A stretch of DNA of 64,000 bases from Vermamoeba vermiformis (GCA_045837725.1 JBEWZL010000118.1:1-64000), one strand, 5' to 3'. Shown: positions 24,385 through 38,445, counted from the first letter of the stretch. Numbers and translations: made by a program. Notes: a model not told the origin generated them from the letters alone.

Positions 24385-27300
24385 ATGGCCGATGATGAGT
24401 TGAAACCAGGATCGAACGAGTTTAAAACCGGTTTTAATCGGGTGGCAAATTCTACAACGACTAATCAAAAATCATACTACGATTTATCTTCGTATTTATT
24501 TGCCGTCGCTAACCAAAGAGAACAGCTCGATCTTGACAAAGGTATTGATTTTATTTATTATTTTATTTGTTAATTAACAAATAAATTGACAGTCGTCTTT
24601 AAATATTCTAATTTATTATATTCCTTTCACGAATATTAGTTAATTTTTTGTTAGTGAGGAACCTAGGACATCTTGATCCCTTATCCGAATTTAACGAGAA
24701 CAATAATCCTCTTTACCTCGCCATAAAGTCGCCTTATATTCCTACAAGTAAGTCAATATTATTCCAATACTGGACCGAGAAATGACACGGTCATTTAGGC
24801 GTGGCGGATCTGTTAATAGCCAGAGGCTTCGTTTTGGAAAAATTGTCCTATAAATTGCTTGAAAATGCGCCAGTAGATAGAATTAAATACGCGTGTGAAC
24901 ATTTGTTGGATCTGGAATTGACAAATCAGAACTACAACGCTCTACATTACGTTATAAAATATCGCGACCTTCCCGACAAGACAGGTAATATTATATAGCT
25001 ACTATATTAGCATTTAAATTAATATACGACTTATTTTGACTTTAGAGGTGCTCGAAATTCTTTTAAAACATTTCGTGGATGTGAACGCCGTAAATGCGCA
25101 AGGAAACACGCCGATCTGCTCTGCTATACGACGTCTTGATAAGAAGACAGTTAAATATCTATTGAAGCAAAAGATCCAGCCAGTAACCCTCAATGCAACG
25201 CAAAAAAATTTGCTGCGGATCCCGCCATTGCAAGCACTCGAACTCGGTCCTGGTTTAGGTAAAATTGCCAATGTTAACATAGTAATATACGTGAATAATT
25301 GTGTAAATAGGAAAATTGACAGCGCACGAAGCAGAGATGATTGAAATTTTAAAATTGTTGTTGGATGCCGGTGCGGATGTCAACGGACCAACACCGACGG
25401 ACGGATGCACTCCATTATTAGCTGCGCTGAACAACAACAGTCCTGTTATTGCCAAATTCTTTATTGGTACGATTATGAATAAGTTGCGAATTCAATTTTA
25501 ATTAACTTTTTCTTAGAACGAGGCGCGATCTCCTCGCCTGACGGCAAAGAGCTAATTAAAGCATGCGAATATAGGTACCCTGATATATTAAAGATGCTAA
25601 TTGAGCGAGGAGCAATGCCTAGGCTTGCAATGGGCCGTTGCGACCAGACATTGTTTCATTACGCTATTGGACGCTCTGGCAGAACTCTCGTAAGAATATA
25701 ACTACTAATTTGTGGCTAAAATAATGTTATTATAATTTATAAATTAAATTTGGTCTTATTTATTTTATTTAGACAGCCGATGAAAATCAAGCGTTGACGA
25801 TGCAATTAATCGAAATTCTCGCGCAAAGTGGAGTTGATATTAATAAACCTGATGGTAAGCATAATATAATATATATTCATATTTATAAGCTTACCAATAG
25901 ATCATTTAACTAACTAATATGAAATAATTTAGAATTAGGAAGAACGCCGCTCGTACTGGCGTTTACGTTAGAGCAGTTCCAAGTACGTAAAAATATAATT
26001 CATTAAAAAGGAATTTTAATTTAATTTACATCGATTTAGATGCTGCAAAAATACGGCGCTGACTTGACGGTGAAATTTAAAGGCAACAATTTGATCCACT
26101 CGCTGATTAACTCAAACGACACAAATCTAGCTTACGTACTATCGCAAGGTATGCATTTACCCTATAATACGCCTTATAACGGGACTGCATTTAATTTTCG
26201 ATCGGATCCAATCACTATAATTTCGGATCTGAAAAAAATTGCCTAGTTTGTATATTTTTTATTTAATCTATGTAATTTTGCCAATATTCGTCAACAAGAA
26301 TTTATACTTAATCTTTGCTAATGACCGCAAATAGGCGTAGTTTCAGTGGACGAACAGAACGATAAAGGACTTTGTCCGCTGCACCTTGCCACAAACTTAA
26401 AAAAACTATCTGTCGTAGAACTGCTGCTCAAACACAACGCGAAGATTGATGTGTTGGATGGTGACGGCAGAACTGCGTTGATGTGCGCTGTGAGTAGTTT
26501 GGAGATCTTTGAAACACTCGTAAGTCTAGATCTACCGCGTATCAAAAAAAAAACACGCAAAAAGACTACAAAGAGATGAATTTTTTAATAACTATAGCTA
26601 TGTTAGGGAAAAAATTACTATAATACCTATTGTTCGATGAGATCTGATGTGTTCAGGAAAATTTAACTATCTTATATTATAAGAAAGCTATTAATTAATT
26701 TATTAAATAAGCAATAAGATGCGTTATAATATTTTTAAAATTTGTTAAAGAACTTGTACTTATAAAGTGCTAATACTTTTCCACAGCTGCGCCACGGCGC
26801 GGACTTCATGGTGAGCGACAACCAAGGCAACAATATTTTGCACTATGCAATCAAAGGAACTTCCAGCACATTCATCGCACTTGCCAAATATAGTAAGTCG
26901 CCTCAATTAATTCCCTTTGGCAAGTCTGTATTGATACGATTGAATTTCAGTGACGAAAGATCAAGCGCAGATATTAGTCAACCAAAAAAATTCCGATGGG
27001 AAAGATCCGCGACAACTTATTCCTCGCCCAGAAAATGTACGTAAAACTGACAACTTTTGGACATTTTTTTGCGTGCTAGAAAACTCAAATTTTGCTTCGG
27101 CGATCCGTCCTTTTCAGGACTAAAATAAGATTACGTACGGATATTGGGTCATATTTTTTTATGATCTTTTTAAACAATTCAGTGACATTAACGTCAAAAA
27201 AAGACTTCGCTTGATGAACGAGAGCTAATTACTGACGAAATGTATTGAAAACGTGTGCTAATGTGCATGTAATTCCCCGACAGATCTTCCACAAATTGCT

Positions 27301-29118
27301 GACGCTGGACATTGACGTGATAATGAAAATCATTGACGTGTTTCAATGCAGCAAATTGTTTGAACATGAATTAGGTACCATTGATTTTATTGGTTGTAAG
27401 TATAGCTAATAATATACCACTAGTTGCACTTGCCAGAGGCTGTGCTTACAGCGAATTCGATTCTTCGCATTGGGACACATCAACGGAAGCCGTTCATGAA
27501 ACAGCACCGATCTTCGCGCTGCCGTTCGAATCGATTATTGCAATAATTCTGTTGACACCTGTCAAAGACATCGCGTCATTCTCAATGACATGTCGTCACT
27601 TCAAGTTATTGTGCGATAATAATACTACTTGGAAAATAATTGCTGAACGAGATGGACTCCGCGAAGTGTCAACGTGTCAAAATGTCAAAAAAAGTTTCGC
27701 GATGAAATGGCGCTATCAACGCAATGTGAGACAAGGTACGTAAAGCAAATTTCGAAAAATTTCTAGTTTTTTCTGATTTCCTTATTAGGCAAGTTTTATG
27801 TCCGTCACGTGAAGCTGCAAAAATCGGCGACTGTACTGGCCCGGCAAGAAGAAAATGAGGTGTATGGCATTCAAGCGGCGGAAACACTCACCGTCGACTG
27901 CGATCTCGCTGCGAGATTAATCGCTGTCGCGAACAAACATGGTGAAGTCGCGCTCATTGATATGAAAAGCTTTGCGGTTATTCAGGTATATTGAATCTTT
28001 GCAAGTTTTTCACAAACGAAGCACCTTTTCCATTAAATTTACAACAAAATTGCCACGTCAACTTTTTACGATCGTTTCATTGATTAATAATAATAAGAAT
28101 TCTGACTTATCGTTTTTTTTTGCAAGGAATTCACGGGTGAAAGTGCCCGCGCAGAAAACCCCGCGCATCTTCGTACAGTGATTAGTGCGAAGGACAAGTT
28201 CATCGCCATGCGCAACAGTAAATCATCCGAACTTTACGGAAGAAGTTTTGACCAAGAAAAACTCGATGTTCTGGCTGCTAACTGTTTGGGTACTTCAAAA
28301 ATACTAAATTTAATAATGACGGTTTCTAATTTCGATGAAAAATATAGGTTTTAGTTTTGAAGGCGATTTAATCGCAATTCTTCATCAGTCTAAAGGGTGT
28401 GAAATTAGGAACTGGAGAACGAAACAAAAAGTTTGTTTTATCGCAGGAATATACTATAATGTAGTACTCAACGGTCACGTGGTTGCATTGTGGGATCAGA
28501 ATCAGAAAACAGAGCTTTGGGACATCAATACAAAAAGAAAAATTTTCACTTCGAAACTGCCAAATACACTGAGCGTACTCCAGAAGTTCGGAAAATTCAT
28601 TGTTTCTACATCGGATCTCGTCGAATTCATCGATTGCGAGCAAAAAATTTCACTACCGTTGCCAGACAATGGACTGCAGCGCAGAATAAGTGCATTTGCA
28701 AGCAATGAAGATGAGCAGATCTTGCTGTCGACGGATTATGCAGGAGAAGAATTCATATTATGGCAGCCTTATCAAACTGATATTACAAAAATACGAAGAC
28801 AGCTTACCGTGAACTTGTTTGACAAAGATCACAATAAGGGAACGGTACGAAAGATCCAACCGGATCCAATCACGAAAATTTCTTAATCATTATTATTAAT
28901 ATTTTATTTATTAGGGAACCATCGCCATTACAAAGGACTTTGCTTTCACAGTGGGCAACTATCAGGTTGGCATTAGAGTCTTTGACCTCACCGCTGGTAA
29001 ACTGCTCTATAACATTCCAATGGCTGTGAGTCAAATCAGTTCGTTGAAGCTCGTCGATACGTACTTAATTGCTGCTTTAACGAACGACACGATTGCAATT
29101 GTCAACTTTAATTTGTAG
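24385..29118 (+). CDS. Ankyrin repeats, F-box and WD40-like repeat protein
   Basis: Ankyrin: GNTPICSA, GADVNGPTPTDGCTPLLAAL, GLCPLHLA, DGRTALMCA, GNNILHYA; F-box LPFESIIAIILLTPVKDIASFSMTCRHF (27518-27603); WD-like EIRNW, TELWDI, IRVFDL; stop at 29118. Confidence 0.8.
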
Positions 29119-29172
29119 CTTCGTTTCTCGACGTGTAACAGCAATAATTAAAGAGCTTGAATTTACTTGAAT

Positions 29173-29308
29173 GCGACACTTTTATGTTGTTGGATTCGGT
29201 TTGTTCTACCACGCTGAACAACACAGAGCAGTGCAAGATAGTTACCACTCGTTGCACCCAGCAAAATGATGATATCTGAAGTTAGGCGATGGCAGTACGT
29301 TTGGATCC
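29173..29308 (+). ncRNA. Candidate structured RNA with a C/D-like kink-loop motif
   Basis: GGATTCGG 29192-99/TTGGATCC 29301-08 encloses TGTTC/GAACA and GTGCAA/TTGCAC hairpins and ATGATGA-tat-CTGA (29266-79). Confidence 0.3.
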
Positions 29309-29378
29309 GTTTATTGAAATGTAAGTAACAAAAAGTAAACTAAACAATTAGTCTAGACAGACCAGTGGCCTAGAAAAG

Positions 29379-32300
29379 TTACTTGATCACAGACCCTAGT
29401 GCAGAATAATCTTTGAGGAGCGGATAAATGTGTTGATAATGAGACATCAACATGGGTACGTAATCAACGACTGTTTCACCGACGTTGTTCTTGATCGTCG
29501 CTTGAGCTCCACCTGTCAATAGACAAACCTTGCCGTTAGCACGTGTCATTTTTAGTCAGTGCCGTAAACAGAAAATTGCTCATGGCAAAACAGATACTTT
29601 GACGGCAGCAATTGTCAAAGATCTTTGATTTTTTCACCGATCGTGCATGAACTTTTTACGTACCATCGAGGAGTTTGAATGCAATCAAACAGTATTTTGA
29701 CGCTTGTTCGCACGAGTTCAAGTTGCACAGCATTGCTTCGAGTGCTCCGATGTGGAAGTGACGACACACGATGTGCAGTGCTGTGTCGCCAAAGTTGTTT
29801 TGCACGTTCAAATTTGTGCCTGGACACGTGATCAAGTAATCCACAATGGGCCACAGATCGACCGAGTCATAGACATCGTTGTTCTCTTCGCTCTCGCTTT
29901 GCCTTGCTTGTACTGCAAATGCGAATGGGTTTGCTACACCGGATCCAATAGGCTGCAGTTTTGTTCTGACGCGCGTTGTGTAGTTCATCGGAGCACCACT
30001 GACAAACACGTGCTGTAACAGTGCCATCAATGGAGTGTTGCCATCTTCATCTCGTGCATTGATCTCAGTCGTGTCTCGTCCAAGGAATGACTTGAAGAGA
30101 TTGAGATTAATAGACACCCCGGAAAGTTGTAGCATTGAGTGCAAGATCGTAGTCGAGGATTTTTGTTTGTGAAAGGCCAGTGGCTTGTAAAAAGATGCTA
30201 ACACATATATGGTTAGGGCGTGGCTGGAGTCTATGGCAGGTTGATTACCTTGCTTGGCAATATTAAGCACTTCACTCTTTTCTTTAGCTGTCAGCGACCG
30301 CAGTAACATTAGGGTCTGCAAGCACGTTTCACCTTTGTTATTTTCCAAATTAAGGTTGATATTGCCGTTCTCGATCAGTTTCATCAAGTTTTGGACATTG
30401 ATCTCCTGCCCCTTGCAGATATCGAGTAACCTTACAATAGTCTGGTTAGTGCTGTCAATTGTTTATAACCAAAAGGCCGAGCTTACAAGTGAAATGGCGT
30501 ATCGCCACGAGCGTTGCGATGATTCCATAAGTGGTTTAGTTCGCGCCATTCAGTTGGTTCAGCTAAGTTAATGGTAATAATCGAGGGTTCCAGTAGCGAC
30601 TTTCCTTTGGTCGCAACAAGCTTTCGAAGAAACGTATAAATGGCGATGATCAAACGATGCAGGTACTTACCATATGCAACAGAGTGTTGCCAAGACTATC
30701 GGTCAACGACAAGTCGGCACTTGAGCATAACACTTGCCAGTATTGCTTAATTTGGGTGGTGATGTAGCACGGCAAACTAACAACGTGGTTAATTATTTGA
30801 GTTGTCACTTGTATTTTGGACTCGTACGGATGTTGTTGCTTGACACGCCATCGAGATTTTCTATGTCGGGCAACCCAACCAGGTTCCCTTAACAAGAAAT
30901 ACAAAGTTACAGGAGCCCCCGTACTGTCGCTACTGTTGCAATGTTATTATGTATGCAAGCCAGTGTAGTACTACTACTTACGTGGGCAGGCTAGTTTCAA
31001 CCGGAGAGCTCAGCATCATTGTGTTAGAATGCGTGAGCCATTGAGTCGTCGAAAAGACGTTGTTATTGATTGCTGCCAGTATTGTAAGTGCTACAGGGAG
31101 TATTAGTGCAGGCACGATACGTTAGTCATACGAGTAGAAAAAGTTGCGTACGTGTCAGTCTCAGTCCGCCACTCCGAGCATTCACATTTGCACCTCGTTT
31201 GATCAGATACACCATTGTCTCACAGTTGCAGAACATGGCTGCATGATGCAGTGGTGTAAAGCCATCGACGTCCCTGTATGATGTACCATCAGTGCGAGTG
31301 GACTAATTGATCTTAGAAAGGCAATTACCTTGCCTCGAGGACGTTCTCTGAAGTGTTTTGAAGTAGCAATTCAAACAGCTCTGGCGTTGCAATACATGCC
31401 ATCAAATGAGTCAACGAGCGATTAAGTAGCTGGGAGATTGTTAGTTGAAGTTGCTGTGAGAGCGCATCAGAATTACGTACCTTATCCGTCAAAGTGAAAT
31501 CAATGCCTTTTTGTTTCAGCAACATTGATATCATATCATATGCCGTTGAATCGTTGTATATGACACAAGCGGCATTGTTAGCTTTGTGTGCGTTGTATCC
31601 GTAAAACAATGCCATCAATGGCGTCACTCCAATCTCATCTTGTGCATTAATATTTGCTCCTTGTTCGAGCAACAGCCGTGCCAAATCAAAGTGCTGCAAG
31701 TACAGTGCTGCGTGAAGTGGAGTCCATCCGTGCTTATCCTGTTAAGTGGTTTGATTAGCATCAAAATCAGCAAGTAGTTGACATGTTAATTCTTACGGCA
31801 AGGTTCACATCGGCGCCGTACTTCAAAAGAAGCTGTGTGTTTCTTTGTTTGTTGTCTCCTGAGGTCGATGATTTGCAAAGAATGAGCAACGGAGTCTCTC
31901 CAAACTCTGATCGAGTGTTGATGGCGCCTTTATGGCGTGCAATCAGCTCTTCAACAGTTCGCATTGGAGTGGGCTCGTTTGCAAGTGCTTGAAGTACCCA
32001 GTTGTCCGGTGTCCCTGGCAAAGGATTGGACGATTCTGCGGGGATAGTGTTCGGGATCAAAGTGTGGTTCGACGATGCAGAAAAAAGCTCTTCGAGGTCA
32101 ACAGCTGATTGTTGCGCCGGTGGTGCTTGATTCGAGGTAATAAGAGCACCAGTCAAGAGATCCAAGATCGGATTGTCATGTGGTTGAACACTGCCTTGTA
32201 ATGGACTAGTAAATACTGAATCAAGTAGTGTCTGTGGATTTGTTGGATGCTGTACAGCCGATACCCATCGTTGAGGATGCAGTTCAAAAGATGTGCTTGA

Positions 32301-34351
32301 CGAAGAAGAGTTGGCACAACCATACGTAGCGGTGTTGATGAGGGCCAGGTAATGCACCAATGTCAGGCCGTCTGCATCTTGTTGGTAATCCTTTTGACTC
32401 AGTAGTGCATTCACACTAGTGCGTAGTAATGATGGTTACTAAGCTGCGTAAATTAACTAAGCTGCAATATAGACTTACAGTACTGAAGATGGTAATCTCT
32501 CCATCGCTCGGACCAAAGTTACCACCTTGAGAGAGCTCAAATCAAAGCCAGGTTGACTGATTACTCGATAAAACTGTATTCGGCGTCAGTTTCGATCAAC
32601 GTTCATAAAATCATTAACACTAAGACGTTACCTCTGTTTGCTTAGTGTTCAACAAAGCATCGAGTTGATCTGGCGTCCACCTCACATGATTCTTCTCCAG
32701 TAACCACGACAGGGCAGCACTAGGACTCTGAGGAGATAGCGCAAGCTATTTCGCGTAATTAAGGCTAGTGTTTTCGCACAGGCAGTACTTACATCTACAA
32801 AAGATCGACCGCTATACGTCTTGTTGAAGTCGCAGCGACCAACCAGAGATGACAAAACCTTTTCAACGGCTAATAAATAGCATGTTAGACGAATTAGTTT
32901 GATTTTAGCCGTAAATAGTGCACGTACCAAGATCCGCGTCTAATAAGTATGTAAGGCCACTGCGAGGAAGCAACAAGTGCATAAACACTGGTATGCCCTT
33001 CACAAGCTTGTTAGGATCGCTGCCAAGAGTCAAAAGATGATTGTAAACAATGCTTGTTCGGGCGTGTAGAAGTGGTGAGTCGTCTTCAAGTGGTGAGTTC
33101 GGATCTGCTCCGAGCGAGATCAGAAATGAAATTCGGTCCGTGTCGGAAGATATCACGGCTACTTTGAGTGGATAGTCCTAATTCAGTTAAAGAGGGAAAT
33201 AACAGAAGCTGTATAAAACTTTACCTCGTTCTTGCCGTAACAATAAAACGCCGGTCGAAATTTGAACTGCGAAGCAACTCTAAAAATTTATTAGCAAAAA
33301 TAACTGAGTACGATAGCTCACTTACGCACGGTTAATATTGAATCCACGCTCTTTGACTAAGTAGGTCAAATTATCAATTGATAATGCTGGGTCCAACATG
33401 ATATCCTCGTCTTCAATTGGGTCCAAGAACGGTAATAGAATGCTGCTAATTGAGTGCTGGTAGGCTGATTCTCTCTGTAAAACTATCGTTGTGCCAAACC
33501 CATCGAAAGTCCTACCTACAGAGTTGTAGGTTCGTGAAGCCGTTTGGGCAACAAGTAGTTTGATATGAGGCGCAGAATCTAAGAGAGAAAGTTTGCTTTC
33601 AGCTATTCCGACCCTCTCAAGTTTCTTCAGGCCAGCAAGAGAAAGTGGCAGCAACTCAATATCAAAGTTCATATATAGCTCTTCAATATTGGACAGCGCC
33701 TATATGAAGTGAAATTAAAAAAGATACACAGCGAAACGGCCAAGCCATACCGAAACCAGTTCGTCAATCCCCTTGATTGTTCCTTTGTTAAGACGAATAT
33801 TGAGGAGCTTCAGATCTTTGCAAAGCGGAGATTGAGTGACGGACAGATCAATGAGGTCGTCAGAAACATAGATGTCCAAAGAAACACGACGCAGGGATCG
33901 GATTTGAAAAAGTTGATCTAAGAAGCCTTTAGAGCCTTCTCCAAGATGTATTTGCAATATTATATCTTCTATTGACTGGCAATAGCGAAGGAAGAAGGCA
34001 ATAAACGACTTGGTGGTCGGAACAAGTTTCGATCTGGCAACTTGCTGATCCTGTGTCCATTTGATTGATTTCCAAAAAATAGGAGTTTTCAAGATATCTT
34101 GCCAACGTTTACAAACCTTAGATTTGATTAATAATAGAAGATAGATTATTTGAAATGTAATAAATTATATTAATAGAATAAAAATAAAATTCGAAAAATA
34201 ATCTCCACTTGCGTAGTGGAGGATAGAATGGAATAGATTTTTCTTATTGAAAACCTTTTTTGAAATATTTTCTTACCGAGATCAGCTTTGCTCGTTGAAT
34301 GCTGTGAAGGAGGCCAAAAATGTTGCGCCATACGTCATCAACGATATCCAT
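29379..34351 (-). CDS. F-box, LRR-like region and many ankyrin repeats
   Basis: MDIVDDVWRNIFGLLHSIQRAKLIS-VCKRWQDILKTPIFW (F-box); LRR-like LRRVSLD, LKLLNI, LKKLERV; ankyrin FGETPLLILC, GVTPLMAL, GNTPLMAL, GDTALHIVC; stop at 29379. Confidence 0.8.
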
Positions 34352-34503
34352 TGCTTGCGTTGTTAGTACGTTCTCATTATTCTGAGTTCGTCCGAATGAC
34401 ACTTGTGTGTGTCAGCGGTCCCAGCAATTTCATTGAAAATAAGTACGAGATAAAGCAATAAGTTTAGCTAAACTAATGAACCACTCCTTGATTTATTGTT
34501 AAT

Positions 34504-36006
34504 CTACATGTCAACACCAAAGTGGATCAAGTCACTCGCTTTAAGTTGGAACACATCCGCGTCATCTTCGATCGCGACATCACCGTTAGCACCTGACGCT
34601 ACGAAAACAATTTTTTGTGGTGCAATGCCGTAATTAGCAGCGATATTTCGCTTCAAGACGTTGAACATTTCGATCTGATCCATCGGTTCAGTGAACGACA
34701 ACACGACGGGCTTGGCAGGCTCAGTGCTGCCCATGCGCTTCGCTTGCAATATAATGTTAGGGAAGTCGACCTTCATGACTTGGCGTAGTGGGTACTGTTC
34801 ATTTTTGAACTCATCCCATTCCACAGGACCTACAAGAAGCGACAGGTTAAGGTTAGATCCAGCCATCGAAAATCTTGCGCATTAGCACTATTAGGCATAA
34901 AATAGATTTGAAATCGAGCAATAGCCTCATGTGGCCCTAGTCTTTTAAAATAAATTTGGTGACTTACGAGTGTCATCGCTGCAAGCCATGGGATTCAAAG
35001 TGACGAGATAAGCACCAATGCGCATCAATTCTTTGGGAGTCCAGCGCACACCACAGTTCTGCGCACCCTCTTCGTACACTTCAATCTTGCCGTCAATCTG
35101 CACGCCATGCACATCCGTTACTTTGATGAAACCTTCTTCGACTTGCGGCACGGATTTCTCTTGCCACATGTACATCGGAAACTCGAGTTCAATGTACAGT
35201 TCGCGACCGAGGCCGTAGAGTTTGCAGGTGCCAACGTATGCTTCGTGGCCTTGACCGCGCAATCTCAGCACCAGATGCAAGTTGCTATCTAATGGAAATG
35301 CATTTGTTAGGTTTTTTAGTAAGCAGGGATACTTATTGCAAAATTACAAAACGAACTTGAAGTTCTATTTTGGACGATCTAAATCTGGATGGAAATTTAA
35401 AATTCAGAGGAACGTACTATCTTGAATGTTGTAGTCTTCAATCGTTCTGCCGTCTTCAAGTTGCTTGCCAGCAAAAATTAAGCGTTGTTGATCGGGAGGA
35501 ATGCCCTCTTGGTCTTGGATCTGTTTCGCGGGTTAAATTGTATACAGTGGCTTACTTATCATGATTTAACGTACCATCAACTTGATCTCTTCGATGGTAT
35601 TGTCTTGAGCAACTTTCAAGGGAATAGCTTTGCCAGTAAGAGTCTGAAAAGTGAGATGAGATCGGGAACAGGTCTCAGCAAGCATCAAATTTTAACTTAC
35701 AGTGACAGTAATATTTATATTGCCAGGAGCACCAGGTTTTGGTTTTTCCTTGCAAACAATTGTTGCGTAAGGTGCGACGTTGGACAAAGTTACGTTATCT
35801 TCCAATTTTACATCATTAAAATACCAATCGCAGTCTAAATAAATTTAATTAATTTCATTAGGAGATATTTTAATCAAATTACCAGCCCAAAATGTTTTTT
35901 GGTTTGTACGAAGCAGATTCTTCAAAGCCTTAAGTGGAGCAGTAGAGTTAATTACGACAGGATGAATCTTGTCGATTCCACGCTCATATAAATATACAGT
36001 AGTCAT
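34504..36006 (-). CDS. Multi-Ubl protein: divergent Ubl, ubiquitin-like domain ending LRLRGQ, Ig-like domain, C-terminal beta-grasp-like domain
   Basis: Spliced [76 protein letters not shown]; then [15 protein letters not shown]...[18 protein letters not shown]. Confidence 0.8.
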
Positions 36007-36363
36007 TGTGCTTCTATTCAATTTGACAGAAAGTGAATTAATTTCCAGCCAACAAAATTTACTTGAATCCGGCACGTGGCTTGATATTCTGAGAAATGGC
36101 CCCAAAAGAAGAGTTATAATTTGCCAGCTAGCTAAACTTGCGCTTGCCTTTGTCTAGTAAGGACTTTCGTTTTTGAGCAGAAAACTGGATGAGTTCAAAC
36201 AAACATCCTACATGAACTAATATGGCAGACTACGTAGGACTAAGATATAATTTATTAGAGACTAATAATGTGACAAAATTGTTAGCACAAGAACGTTGCC
36301 TCAGTCATGCAAGATCGACGAAACTAAAACAACGTTTCAGGCACCAGCTAGATCCAGCTTTGC

Positions 36364-38167
36364 TTAACGAGGGGTGTTGTTTCTATCGTAGATAGCTTGA
36401 GCCATATCCTGTTGCAAAGTAGGATTGTCTTGGATCAAGTCAGCGATCGAACCCAAAGTGTAAGTGACGATAGTAGGGTTTTTGACGATAGTTGCAACCC
36501 AATCTCTCCATTGATCAGGCTCGTACAAAGCAGGGTTACCACCGAGCAAGCGAGTGTTTTCAGAGCTGTTCTCGCTGTAGCGGATCTGCAATTGGCGTCT
36601 GAGGTCCTCGCGCATCTGGTTGAACGAGAAACCGAAACTGATGCCACCACCGCCAGCATCACGCTTAGTGTCACGCATGTTACCGTCGTTGATACCAATC
36701 TTAGCACGTTTGCCTAAATTGCCACATTAACACAGGATCTTCTAAGAACTAGCAGATGTGACTTACCAGGAGCAGAAGGGACGGCAGTGGTGCGAGTAGG
36801 AAGCTTAGTGCTGGGAGTAACATCTTGAGTAGGGTCATTGGTGGGAGTGTTAGTAGCAGGAGCATCGCTCTTGGGGGTAGTTCCGTAGCTGAAAAAACAA
36901 ATCCGTTAGTTCAACTCTTTAACATCATATCTCGTTACTAATGAGCCACGCGAATATAATAGAATATTTATATTGTCTTTAGTGCTTACCTGAAAGAAAT
37001 ACCGAATTGGGTCTTGACGTAATCCTCATCGAGCTTGGTGAAGTTGCGGATGTCGGCCAACTCTTCACGGCGAACAGTACCACCCAATTGGGCTTGCATG
37101 ACGTAGTGAGTACCGAAGTAGTCGAAGAATTGGAAGAATCTAACATATAAGGTTAACGCAAAGTGCAAAAAAATTCGGCCGATCTGCCGATCAGCAGCGG
37201 ATGACTCGAGACTTACTGAGCCTTAGTCGCTTCAGAATAACGAGGCAATCTTCTTAAGAACTCGCGGCAAGCATAAGATTGCTTCAACAAGAATGGAGGG
37301 AACAACTTGACGTCGTAGAAGATGTGTTGCTGCTCGGTAACACCGTATCTGTAGTTGCGGTTGTCTTGAGTGAAGCTAAACCGATAGACATTAGTCATAT
37401 GCTCGCATACACTTATAATCTGATAGATAAAGCGTGATTGGATGCAAGGTCATACCGAATCTGGCGAGTCTCCTTGGTGTTAGTGAACGAGAACATGTTG
37501 CCCAAGTTCAAGCTGATACCAGTAGAGCGAGCCTTGGTAGTACGGAACTCGTCGACAGTGTTGAACACCTATATTATTACACGTAATTAGCATCGGTAAA
37601 CATTTAGACGTTTGGCGTGTGTCAAATCTATCCGAGCCAAATTTTCATTATTAATTATTCGGAATTCAAATATTAGCCCTTTGCAATTAAAAAATAGTAT
37701 ATGGCTACATTTAAAGCCAAACTACTAATACTGCGAGTCTACGGTGTGGATTTGAATAAAAAAGTAACAAATTTCGCTCGCAACCAAATCAATTAATATA
37801 GTTAATTCGACCCGCAAATAATATTCTATTATGATAATTGAGAGCCTTAAGATGAGGCGCAAATAATTTCAAAGCCAAAGAGGTTCTAGAAGCAACTTAC
37901 ATTGGTTGTTCTGTTAACGAAGGTATCAGGAGTAGAGATAGAGTCAATCTCCATAGGAATCTCGTAGTCCTTATCATCATAAGGAGAGGTGAAGGTTTTG
38001 CCCAACCAAGTCAATTCGATGGGAGACATCTTGAGTTGCATGGTGACAAGATCGAAACCAATGCCAATCTTGTCGACACCGCGGAGCTTAGGGGCGGGTT
38101 GACCTCCATCAAATTGAGCCAAAGCACAGGCCACGAAAGAAACAAATAACAATGTGCGGAGTTGCAT
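36364..38167 (-). CDS. Secreted MACPF (perforin-like) domain protein
   Basis: Signal peptide MQLRTLLFVSFVACALA; IGIGFDLVT N-terminal motif; MACPF signature FFDYFGTHYVMQAQLGG; LLGGNP...WRDWVATIVKNPTIVTYTLGSIADLI. Confidence 0.9.
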
Positions 38168-38445
38168 CTTGGAACGTTGGAGACTGTTGGATTAGGACGC
38201 TAGAATTCGCTGGATCGAATTCAAGGTGTGGTCTCTAGGTGCAAAAATAAGTAAGTTTGAACAGGAAAAAATATCGATTTTGTTTTTACCTTGCAACTGT
38301 CAAACATGTTTTTTCCATGTTGACATTTGTCTGTCCGGTGATTCATTGGACGGATCCCATTTAAATTCACACCTTGTACGCGATTAGCGCCTATAGTAAA
38401 GTGTCAAACAATGCTTACGGGTGAAAAACTTGCTTACTGAAAGGT

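Noticed and set aside
24344-24403. Upstream out-of-frame ATG overlapping the start of the ankyrin-F-box-WD40 gene (possible uORF)
   Set aside because: Transcription start unknown, so it may lie outside the mRNA
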